Part shown: positions 45,375 through 53,434 of the stretch, one piece after another | Numbering within the stretch: the first letter of the stretch is position 1 | Layout of the letters: each line of letters opens with the position of its first letter | Origin: Candidatus Pelethousia gallinarum | GTDB taxonomy: Bacteria > Bacillota > Clostridia > Christensenellales > CAG-138 | Direction: 5' to 3' | Length of the DNA: 64,000 nucleotides | NCBI GenBank assembly: GCA_018711995.1 | Contig: DVHO01000104.1 | Location: forward strand, 18,367-82,366 | Position numbers and translations under genes: made by a program | Notes under the pieces: model-generated | The model's input: the letters and a program-made list of their open reading frames with translations, nothing else | The model's database searches: none | Told to the model about the DNA's origin: nothing

Positions 45375-46349
45375 TTATTCCTCCGTTTTCTGCTGGGTCT
45401 CCTCGGGCGCGGGGGTCTGCGCCGGCTCCTCCTCGTCGGGGAAATCCGCCGGGTCTTCTATAAACGTAATGCTGCCTTTCCCGCTTTCAAACCGGGGCGC
45501 TGGCGTACAATGGCCCAATACCGTAATGGAATCCAGCTGTTCAAACAGGAACAAGCCGCTGGAATTCTCCCCGCCCGTCGCCTCGATGGTCACCATGCCG
45601 GATACAGACAGGGCGCCGATCTCCGCCCCATGGTAATGGCCGCTGTTTTCCACCTTCAAGGAGGCGCCATCCAACATGGTAAGGGTGCTATCACACTTAA
45701 GGGCATTGTAGTTCTCCTGGGTAAAAGCCCCTAAGGAGGCGCCTTCCTTCAGGAGGATCGAACCTGCAATATCGGCGCCGCCCAGGGGGCCTTGGCCGGT
45801 GACGCTAGCCCCTGCCTCCAGGATCAAGTCGGCGGCGATCAAGCCGGTCCCGTTGGTGGCCGTAGCCTGGATGTCGCTATTGGGCAGGATGGTCACCGTG
45901 CCGGCGGCCCGGATCCCGTTTCCCAAGCCTACGATGGAAAGGCCGCTGCCTCCAATGGAAGCATCCCCCAAGCAGCCGATGGCATCGGCGCCGCTATGGA
46001 TCACCACGTCATTCAAAGTCACAGAGCAGCCTTCCTCCAGCCGGATCACGCAATCCCCTGCCCCAGACAGGGTGAATCCATTGCCATTGATCACTAAGCC
46101 ATCCCGCTCCTTGGTGATACGCAACATCTCCTGTTCCAGGCTGATGTCCCCGGAAAGGGTGGCTGTATTGGACTCCCCCCGCTCAAGGAAGGCTAAAAGA
46201 TCCGCCCCGGTCACAATGGAGCTGCCGCCAATGGGATCCGCCAACTCCACCTGCGCTTCCTCTTCCTCGCCTGCGCACCCGGCCAACAGCATGGCGCACA
46301 GCGCAAGGAGCACGATCAGCTTATAGACAAACGGACTTATTTTCTGCAA
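45375..46349 (-). CDS. Lipoprotein with parallel beta-helix-like Gly/Asn-rich repeats
   Basis: 324 aa. Lipobox LLAGC. The body has ~20-25-residue periodicity (INGNGFTLSGAGDCVIRL / VTLNDVVIHSGADAIGCLG / LSIVGLGNGIRAAGTVTIL ...). Acidic Pro-rich tail. Confidence 0.55.
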   Translation of the reverse strand: MQKISPFVYKLIVLLALCAMLLAGCAGEEEEAQVELADPIGGSSIVTGADLLAFLERGESNTATLSGDISLEQEMLRITKERDGLVINGNGFTLSGAGDCVIRLEEGCSVTLNDVVIHSGADAIGCLGDASIGGSGLSIVGLGNGIRAAGTVTILPNSDIQATATNGTGLIAADLILEAGASVTGQGPLGGADIAGSILLKEGASLGAFTQENYNALKCDSTLTMLDGASLKVENSGHYHGAEIGALSVSGMVTIEATGGENSSGLFLFEQLDSITVLGHCTPAPRFESGKGSITFIEDPADFPDEEEPAQTPAPEETQQKTEE

Positions 46350-46359
46350 ATCAAACCTC

Positions 46360-47967
46360 CTACTGTATGGGCTTGTATAATGCCATCAAACGTTCAGCGG
46401 CCCTTAGGCCATCCACCGCCGCGCTAACGATCCCGCCTGCGTAGCCGGCGCCCTCCCCCACGGGATATAAGCCGGCCATGGTAGGCGCTTGGCCGGTCCC
46501 GTCCCGGAGAATGCGCACCGGCGCGCTGGTCCGGCTCTCCACGCCGGTGAGGACCCCATCGGGCAGGTCATACCCTCGAAGTTTTTGTCCAAACTGGCGA
46601 ATGCCTGCCTGGATGCCTGCGGTTACAAAATCCGGCAGGCATTGGGACAGGCTTCGCGCCGCCACTCCAGGCCGGTATGTGGGGATCACGCCGCCAAAGG
46701 GGCCAGGCTGCTCCCCCCTTAAAAAATCGCAGATCCGCTGGGCGGGCGCCGTATAGTCCCCGCCCCCCAAGCGGAAGGCTGCCTCTTCCATTCGCTCCTG
46801 AAAGCGGAGCCCGTCAAGGGGATGATACCCAAAATCCTTGGGTTCTACCTGTACCACAATGGCCGCGTTGGAATTTTGTCCGTCCCGGGCATGGTAGCTC
46901 ATACCGTTTGTGACCACTTGACCAGGGGAGGAGCTGGACGCCACCACCACCCCGCCTGGGCACATGCAAAAGGTATATACCCCTCGACTCTCATGGCGGG
47001 CCGTCAACTGATATTCCGCCGCTCCCAGCCGGGGATGGCCGGCAAAGGCGCCAAACTGGGCCTGATCGATGAGCGCCCGTGGATGCTCCGCCCGCACCCC
47101 TACGGCAAAGGCCTTGGGCTGCATTTCCAAGCCGGCTGCATACAGCATCCGATAGGTATCCCGGGCGCCCTGGCCGATGGCCAGGATGCAGGCGGATACC
47201 GGCTGGATATGCTTCCCGGCCGGCGTTTCCAATTCTAACGCAGTCAACTGCCCTCCCTTGGAAACCAACCCTGTCAATTTCGTTTGGAAGCATACCTGGC
47301 CGCCTTTGGACTGGATATCCTCCCGCAGGGCCTGCACCACTTGTACCAGGCGATCCGTCCCAAGATGGGGCTTTGCCTGCACCAGGATCTCCTCGGGCGC
47401 CCCGTGGGCCGCCAACAGCTCCAGCACCCAATGGGCCCAAGGGTCTTTGATGCGGGTGGTAAGTTTCCCATCGGAAAAGGCGCCCGCGCCCCCTTCCCCG
47501 AACATCACGTTGCTGTCTGGGTCCAAAGGACCGCCGGCGAAAAATCGCGCCACCCGGCTGCTTCGTTCCGTTACCGGCTGCCCTCGCTCAATCACCAAGG
47601 GAGCGTAACCTTGGCTGGCCAAGGCATGGGCTGCAAATAACCCTCCTGGTCCCAGCCCCACCACTGCGATGGGAGCATCCAGGCTTTTTTCGCCTATTGG
47701 CCAACAAACGGGTTCCCGGGGCTGGGCCGCCTCTACGCCAGGCAGCGCCTTGCCGAGAATCCGTTTCTCTAATGGGGTATGAAGCTGTACCTCTACCGTA
47801 CAAGCATAATAGATGTCTTGTTTCTTGCGTGCATCCAGAGAGGTACGCACAAGCCGTAACCCCACAATATCATCTGTCCGTATTCTAAGAGCCCTCGCTG
47901 CTCGTTCCGGCAGCGAGGACTCATCCGCAGTAAGCGGGAGTTTTAATCCGGTTATCTTAAGCGCCAT
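46360..47967 (-). CDS. FAD-dependent protein (COG2509-type NAD(P)/FAD-dependent oxidoreductase)
   Basis: 535 aa. A ferredoxin-like N-domain (GLRLVRTSLDARKK), then the dinucleotide-binding motif VVGLGPGGLFAA. 1-nt gap after cdaR. Confidence 0.7.
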   Translation of the reverse strand: MALKITGLKLPLTADESSLPERAARALRIRTDDIVGLRLVRTSLDARKKQDIYYACTVEVQLHTPLEKRILGKALPGVEAAQPREPVCWPIGEKSLDAPIAVVGLGPGGLFAAHALASQGYAPLVIERGQPVTERSSRVARFFAGGPLDPDSNVMFGEGGAGAFSDGKLTTRIKDPWAHWVLELLAAHGAPEEILVQAKPHLGTDRLVQVVQALREDIQSKGGQVCFQTKLTGLVSKGGQLTALELETPAGKHIQPVSACILAIGQGARDTYRMLYAAGLEMQPKAFAVGVRAEHPRALIDQAQFGAFAGHPRLGAAEYQLTARHESRGVYTFCMCPGGVVVASSSSPGQVVTNGMSYHARDGQNSNAAIVVQVEPKDFGYHPLDGLRFQERMEEAAFRLGGGDYTAPAQRICDFLRGEQPGPFGGVIPTYRPGVAARSLSQCLPDFVTAGIQAGIRQFGQKLRGYDLPDGVLTGVESRTSAPVRILRDGTGQAPTMAGLYPVGEGAGYAGGIVSAAVDGLRAAERLMALYKPIQ

Positions 47968-47968
47968 G

Positions 47969-49249
47969 TCATCTAATTGTGATCGTCACCGTTTGCGGTA
48001 AGATCACATATTCCAATTCATTCTCTGTATCTCCTGGTATAGCCACCTGTACAGGCACCACATGCTGGCCTGCCTGTAATCCTTCCGCATCCACATATGC
48101 GGTCACATCGCCCCGTTCCAGCTGCCGCATCAGGCTCAACCGGCCAGAAACGGTGATGCTGCAGGTGGAGGCGGATAAGGTGGCTTCCAGCCCCCGATCC
48201 AGGTTCCGTATATCAATTGCCATATCCGCCAGGATCCGTTCCTCTGTCTTTTCCCGGATATCCACGAATAGGTTCACCTCCTGATCATCCAGCAGGATCA
48301 CCCCCTCCGGCACCTCCAGCAAAACGGTCTCCAGCACGCTGGCACTCATGCCTGATACATCGATCTGTTCCAGGGAAATGCTGCTAAGCTTCTCCAAGTC
48401 TTCTGGATCGCCCGCCACTCGCACTTCCGCTGGCGTAGCCACAATATCCACTACCTCGTAATTGGTTGGCAATGCGTCTTGCCCCAAGACCGCTGAATCC
48501 ACATCGATGGGCAATGTGACGGTCTTAAGCACATCCATCTTTACCACCACCGATGGCAATACATCGATGAACAACCCGCTATCCACCGTATCTCCATTCT
48601 CGTCCAAAAGGATCAAGGAAACGGATTCATTATAGCTGGTGGTTCGGTCTGTAAGCATGATGGGGCATTTGGCTTTGACTACCTTGGCCACGTCTTCCGC
48701 CGCCCCTCGCACGATCAGGCTTTCAGAGCTCAGGGTCGGCGTACCCCGCCAATAGGAGTCTGGCAGCGTGCCCACAAAATCCACATTGATGGGTACGGTC
48801 TTGGCTGCCAGGTCATCCACTTCTATGATCACTTCCCGGGGGGATACGGACACCACATTCCCATTCTGGGCGGTGGCATAGATCCGAAGCTGATAGGTGC
48901 CCGGTTTGCTGATGGAACGCAAGCTGACGGTTGCATTGATGCTGGAAGCGTCCAGGTTCTTGTAATCGGTAATCTTTGCCTTTACCTCCACCGTGACATC
49001 TGGCAACAACTGGCTGCGGTTGCCTTGCACCGTCAGGTTTTTACTTTGTAGCTCGTCCTCTCCATCGAAGCTCACCGTCACATCGGATATGATCTTGGTT
49101 CGCTCCGGGTCCGTCTCCATCATCACATAACCCCATAGCAGTACGGCAAAGGCTAAGGATATGATCTTCAGGGCGATATTTTTACTGAAAAAGGTTTTAA
49201 GCCCAGCTAAAATACGTTTGCCTAAATCCTTACGCTTATTTTCGTTCAT
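47969..49249 (-). CDS. cdaR: CdaR (YbbR-domain regulator of diadenylate cyclase)
   Basis: I place the start at MNENKRKDLGKR... (Met26). It has an N-terminal TM segment and then repeated YbbR-like beta-domains. It overlaps the cdaA 3' end by 14 nt. Confidence 0.8.
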   Translation of the reverse strand: MNENKRKDLGKRILAGLKTFFSKNIALKIISLAFAVLLWGYVMMETDPERTKIISDVTVSFDGEDELQSKNLTVQGNRSQLLPDVTVEVKAKITDYKNLDASSINATVSLRSISKPGTYQLRIYATAQNGNVVSVSPREVIIEVDDLAAKTVPINVDFVGTLPDSYWRGTPTLSSESLIVRGAAEDVAKVVKAKCPIMLTDRTTSYNESVSLILLDENGDTVDSGLFIDVLPSVVVKMDVLKTVTLPIDVDSAVLGQDALPTNYEVVDIVATPAEVRVAGDPEDLEKLSSISLEQIDVSGMSASVLETVLLEVPEGVILLDDQEVNLFVDIREKTEERILADMAIDIRNLDRGLEATLSASTCSITVSGRLSLMRQLERGDVTAYVDAEGLQAGQHVVPVQVAIPGDTENELEYVILPQTVTITIR

Positions 49250-50081
49250 CCTTCGCCCTCCTTTTGAAAAGGGTAAACGTGTTCCCTTCCCGCTCCGTAA
49301 CGAAAATGGATTCCAGAAGGTCACGCAGGGCCTTGCTGTCGATATAGCGGATCAGCTTGCCGTCTCGGGCAATGGAGATCACGCCAGTTTCCTCGGATAC
49401 GACAATGGTAATGCTATCGGAAACGCTGGAGATCCCCAGGGCCGCCCTGTGCCGGGTCCCCAACTCCCTGGCCACGGCAATATCCTCCGCCAGGGGCAGG
49501 AAGCAGGCGGCGGCAACAATGGAGCCTTCCCGGATGATCATGGCCCCGTCATGGAGAGGGGTGTTGGGCTCAAAGATGTTTTCCACCAAGGGTGCGGAAA
49601 TGCGGCCGTCGATCCGTGTCCCGGTATTGATGATGTCTCCCAGGCCCGTTCGTCGTTCAATGACGATCAGCGCGCCCACCCGACGCTTTGCCAGGCTGAT
49701 AACAGCCTGTTGCAGTTCATCTACGATCACCTTCGGCTCGCTCATCAGGCTGCCGATAAAATCCTTTGAGAAGATATTGCCACGGCCGATGTGCTCCAGC
49801 GCCCGGCGGATTTCCGGCTGGAACAGCACCACTGCCAGGATCATGCCTACGGATAATAGGGAGCTGAGCAGCCAGCTCAACGTGGGAAATTGGAAAAAAT
49901 CGCTGACAATGGCAGCAATAAACAGCACACCAATTCCCTTGAGCACCTGATAGGCGCGGGTCTCCTTGGTGAGCAAAATAAGCTGATATAATAGGATCGC
50001 TATGATCAGAATATCCAGCACATCTGCCAGCAAAAACTGATGCAAGTCTCCTGAAATGGTCCTTGCCAGAACGTCCAGCAA
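49236..50081 (-). CDS. cdaA: Diadenylate cyclase CdaA (DisA_N/DAC domain, three N-terminal TM segments)
   Basis: 281 aa, TTG start with AAAGGTGG SD. DAC motifs GALIVIER, TPLHDGAMII and LGTRHRAALG. Confidence 0.9.
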   Translation of the reverse strand: MLDVLARTISGDLHQFLLADVLDILIIAILLYQLILLTKETRAYQVLKGIGVLFIAAIVSDFFQFPTLSWLLSSLLSVGMILAVVLFQPEIRRALEHIGRGNIFSKDFIGSLMSEPKVIVDELQQAVISLAKRRVGALIVIERRTGLGDIINTGTRIDGRISAPLVENIFEPNTPLHDGAMIIREGSIVAAACFLPLAEDIAVARELGTRHRAALGISSVSDSITIVVSEETGVISIARDGKLIRYIDSKALRDLLESIFVTEREGNTFTLFKRRAKDERK

Positions 50082-50184
50082 ATCCGATTTACCACCTTTC
50101 AGCGATTGATAGCCTTAGCCTCTCAAAAAACTATTGTACAACTTTCGTTGCGTCCCTGCACAGGGAAATGGGACTGTTTACAAA

Positions 50185-50439
50185 TTATTCTTGTTTTAGC
50201 TCCGTTTCATCCTGGGCATCCGGGGCCAATGCCATCAGTCTTTTTTCCATATCCATAATCGAATAAAGGAAATTTTCCAGCTCCGTGCTTTCTGCGCACA
50301 GCGCCTCATCCCCTAGGGAACCGGTTTCCCGAAGGGTTCTAGAACATTTCTGGGTAAAGGATTCCTGCCAGGTCTCCGCTTGCGCTTTCATACGTCCCAA
50401 AGCGTCCCAGGACAACGCGATATCTTTTTCTTCCTGCAT
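50185..50439 (-). CDS. Hypothetical small acidic protein (84 aa)
   Basis: Good AAGGAG SD 8 nt upstream of the ATG. No family recognised. Confidence 0.5.
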   Translation of the reverse strand: MQEEKDIALSWDALGRMKAQAETWQESFTQKCSRTLRETGSLGDEALCAESTELENFLYSIMDMEKRLMALAPDAQDETELKQE

Positions 50440-50651
50440 AGGACAACTCCTTTTTCTGCTGGCATTTCAGGGAAATATCCTGGCTAGCCTACATGGCAGC
50501 GGCCATCGCTAGGGCAAAAAGGCCGTTTTTCCGTATCATAGCCATTACGCTAGTTTGATTGTATCATATAAATAAGATAATTCCTAGATATACTTTGTGG
50601 CGATATGGTGATAGAATCAAAGAAATATTGCCAGGAAAGGAACCATTTTTC

Positions 50652-50864
50652 ATGCCGATTATCGATCGTTTTGAAGGGGACATAGCAATTTGGGAAGGGG
50701 GCAGCGCGCCTAGGACGCAACTACCGATGGCGGCCCGGGAAGGAGACGTGCTGGCCTTGGATGAAGACGGCCAATATTATATCGATCTGGAAGCCACCCA
50801 AGCCCGGCGCCAGGAGATGGCCAGCCGGCTCCACAGCCTATTCCAGCGGACGGCAAAAAACTAG
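50652..50864 (+). CDS. DUF3006 family protein
   Basis: I place the start at MPIIDRFEGDIAIWEGG... (Met32 of the track ORF). The pattern IDRFEGD.A..E and the ~70-aa size fit DUF3006. Confidence 0.65.
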   Translation: MPIIDRFEGDIAIWEGGSAPRTQLPMAAREGDVLALDEDGQYYIDLEATQARRQEMASRLHSLFQRTAKN

Positions 50865-51043
50865 CCGGGGATCACATATGCTAAGAGTAGCCCCAACGCA
50901 GCCGCGCACAGCAAGGTCAAGGTCATTGCGCAAAGAAACGCACCCTTTTTCCTATGGTGGGCGCAATACGCCCCGTATGCCCCGCAATATAGCACCCCTA
51001 TCCCCAGCCCTATAAAATACAGGAGGGCAAAATCCTTGATCAT
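50861..51043 (-). CDS. Small two-TM membrane protein (60 aa) co-oriented with the ger operon
   Basis: GGAG lies 9 nt upstream of the ATG, and the gene starts 5 nt after the gerAC-like stop. Two hydrophobic segments are separated by HHRKKG. Confidence 0.5.
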   Translation of the reverse strand: MIKDFALLYFIGLGIGVLYCGAYGAYCAHHRKKGAFLCAMTLTLLCAAALGLLLAYVIPG

Positions 51044-51048
51044 CCCTG

Positions 51049-52326
51049 TTACTCCAATCCAGCGTTGATATTATCGTCCAAGGGCACCAGCTTTACGTGA
51101 AAGGTAAGCTCCAGCTGGGGATACTTGGCTTTCCAATCGTAAGCCTCCCAGTCTGCCGCCCGGGTAAAATTCCGGCTAGCCGCACGGCCCATACCCATGG
51201 CGTCACAGTTGAGGGACTGGCACAAGTGAAATACCCGCTCCAACTCCGCCTCGATATGGGCTTGGGCACCTTGCCTAAGCCCATTTTCCCATCCCTGCTT
51301 GCTGACCCGTTGATCGTCCTGTAACACCTCGCAGGTTAGCAGCAAGGACACTTCCCCACTGGGCGGGTCGCCTGTATCCACCTTTGCTTGATAGGCCCCT
51401 GTATCTGCCAGCAAAATGGTCAGGCGGCTGTCCTCATAGGGGATCGAGATGCTCCCCCTTACAAAATCCCCCCGCCCCATCAGCAAGAACCGGGTATCAT
51501 AGCTATCCAATACCCCTACCATATTCCATCCGTCAAATAAGGCGACCCCCGCCGCATAGATCGCCATGCCGCCTAAGCGGGGGATGCCTTCCGTAGTGGT
51601 CTCCCCCTCCTGGGGGCCGGTAGCGCCTCCCCCCTCTTTTTCCTGCTCCTGCTCCTTCGCTTGGCCGCCGTCCTGGGATGGGTCTTGGCTTTCCTGGGCC
51701 TGCGTCTGCTCTTTTCCCTTTTCCGCTGCGCTTTCGTCCAAGCCCCCCAGGGTGATCACCGGATCTAGCCGGCCCCCCTCTACTGCTTCATGCACCAAGG
51801 AATAGTTGATCAGCGGCGAGGTGCCTTCCTCATTATAATTCCGAAACAGGCTGTATTGCAGCTTGGTCATGTTTTGCATGCCGGCCCCGGCCATTCCCTC
51901 TAAAAATTCCTGCGCCGTGCATAACGCTACCAACAGTTTTACCGATTGGCGGATGTTTAGCGCATTGAGGGAAACCCGGCTCATGCTGGAGAGCGCCCCC
52001 TCCTGTGCCACATCCTTTGCAAAAACAATGGAATTGAGCCGTTCAAAATTCAGCTGATAGGGGACCCCCATATGGACCGTGGTAATGGCGTGGAATATAT
52101 CCTCCCCCTCCGCTCCTACCAAAATTGCTTTGCCTGCAGCGCTTTGGCTGCTGCTATCGCTGGCTTCGCTTTGCAACAAAAAGGTAAATGCATAGGTCTC
52201 CGTCTGGCCCTTGTCCACACCGATGGAGGACACGTATTTATATTCATCCAAAGATACTGGCCCCAAACATCCGCCTAATAGGCAGACAAGCAGGCTTATC
52301 GCCAACAGCGCGCTACAAGTTCGCAT
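51049..52326 (-). CDS. Ger(x)C family spore germination lipoprotein
   Basis: I place the start at MRTCSALLAISLLVCLLGGC (lipobox), followed by YVSSIGVDKG, which is typical of the GerAC N-terminus. There is an internal acidic insertion. Confidence 0.8.
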   Translation of the reverse strand: MRTCSALLAISLLVCLLGGCLGPVSLDEYKYVSSIGVDKGQTETYAFTFLLQSEASDSSSQSAAGKAILVGAEGEDIFHAITTVHMGVPYQLNFERLNSIVFAKDVAQEGALSSMSRVSLNALNIRQSVKLLVALCTAQEFLEGMAGAGMQNMTKLQYSLFRNYNEEGTSPLINYSLVHEAVEGGRLDPVITLGGLDESAAEKGKEQTQAQESQDPSQDGGQAKEQEQEKEGGGATGPQEGETTTEGIPRLGGMAIYAAGVALFDGWNMVGVLDSYDTRFLLMGRGDFVRGSISIPYEDSRLTILLADTGAYQAKVDTGDPPSGEVSLLLTCEVLQDDQRVSKQGWENGLRQGAQAHIEAELERVFHLCQSLNCDAMGMGRAASRNFTRAADWEAYDWKAKYPQLELTFHVKLVPLDDNINAGLE

Positions 52327-53434
52327 GATCCTTCTCCTTTTTCGCCTTGGTCCCCAGCAATCCCCCCAGGGTCCCTGCAAGCAGGCAGGGTAGCAAAAGC
52401 AGCCAGCCGTTGCGCACCAACCAACTGCGCACCTGTTCCACCAGGGCGTATCCGCCGCTATGTTCGAAAAACAACGCGCAACCCATCAGCACGGAAAAGG
52501 CGGCCACCGCAGGTTTGGCATTGCCCAACCCCAATTCCCGGCTGGCGATCCGGCTGGCGGTAAACAGGAAAAACGCCGCGCCGATCAGTTCACCCATGAG
52601 CCATAGGAACAAAGAGACCTTGTCCATGCGAAACAGATAGCCTTCCCGGAGCATACCCATGTCCAGCCGGTATAAGGGCGCGTAAATGGTTGTCAGATCC
52701 TGATAGCCATAGGTCATGGAAATGGCGAGCTGGGTCAAAAAGGCCAAGATTGCCGCCCCAAGCCCACCTATGCATCCAGCGGATCTAATAAATTTCGGCC
52801 CATGGACAGACCGGCTCAAAGAAAGGCCGCCCAGCAACGCCGGCAGCAGGAAAAAGGTATGCCGCAAGCTGTAGCCAGCTACCTGGCCCCAGGTATTTCC
52901 CGGAATAGGATAGAGCCGGTATAGCTGATAGCTCTCCAAGGGCAGCAGCAAATTGAGCAACATCAACGTTAGCAGTAGCCCGCCTAACAACTTGCTCAAC
53001 CGCCCCAAGGTCTCTATGCCCCAAAATGCCAATAGGAACACCGCGCCCATGATCCATAGGCTGATGGAGGAGTAGACCGATTGGGTAAACACATAGCTGT
53101 ATAGCATGGAAATGAACCGCATCATCCCCGCTAGGCCGCCAAGCAAAAGCAGCAAGGCCAATAGCGCCATGCAGCCCCGCCCCAGCGCCTTCCCCAATCC
53201 GGCCTCAAACAGTTCCCCTAAATCCCTTGCGCCAGCCCGTTCCATGGCAAGGAGCAGGAGCAAAAATATCCCCAAGCTAAGCACAATGGACAAAGGCACC
53301 CAAATATATGTGGAGTTTCCCCCTTGATATGCATATTGGGATTCCAATGTAAACACGCCGTTTAGGTACAAGGGGATCCCCAGCAGGTATGCGGTCTCCT
53401 GCCTGCCAATATAGCCGCCTTCCATATGTTTCAA
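52313..53434 (-). CDS. Spore germination protein, GerAB-type (APC-superfamily permease-like)
   Basis: 373 aa, about 10 TM segments. The TTG start overlaps the gerAA-like stop (TTGA). Confidence 0.8.
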   Translation of the reverse strand: MKHMEGGYIGRQETAYLLGIPLYLNGVFTLESQYAYQGGNSTYIWVPLSIVLSLGIFLLLLLAMERAGARDLGELFEAGLGKALGRGCMALLALLLLLGGLAGMMRFISMLYSYVFTQSVYSSISLWIMGAVFLLAFWGIETLGRLSKLLGGLLLTLMLLNLLLPLESYQLYRLYPIPGNTWGQVAGYSLRHTFFLLPALLGGLSLSRSVHGPKFIRSAGCIGGLGAAILAFLTQLAISMTYGYQDLTTIYAPLYRLDMGMLREGYLFRMDKVSLFLWLMGELIGAAFFLFTASRIASRELGLGNAKPAVAAFSVLMGCALFFEHSGGYALVEQVRSWLVRNGWLLLLPCLLAGTLGGLLGTKAKKEKDHANL

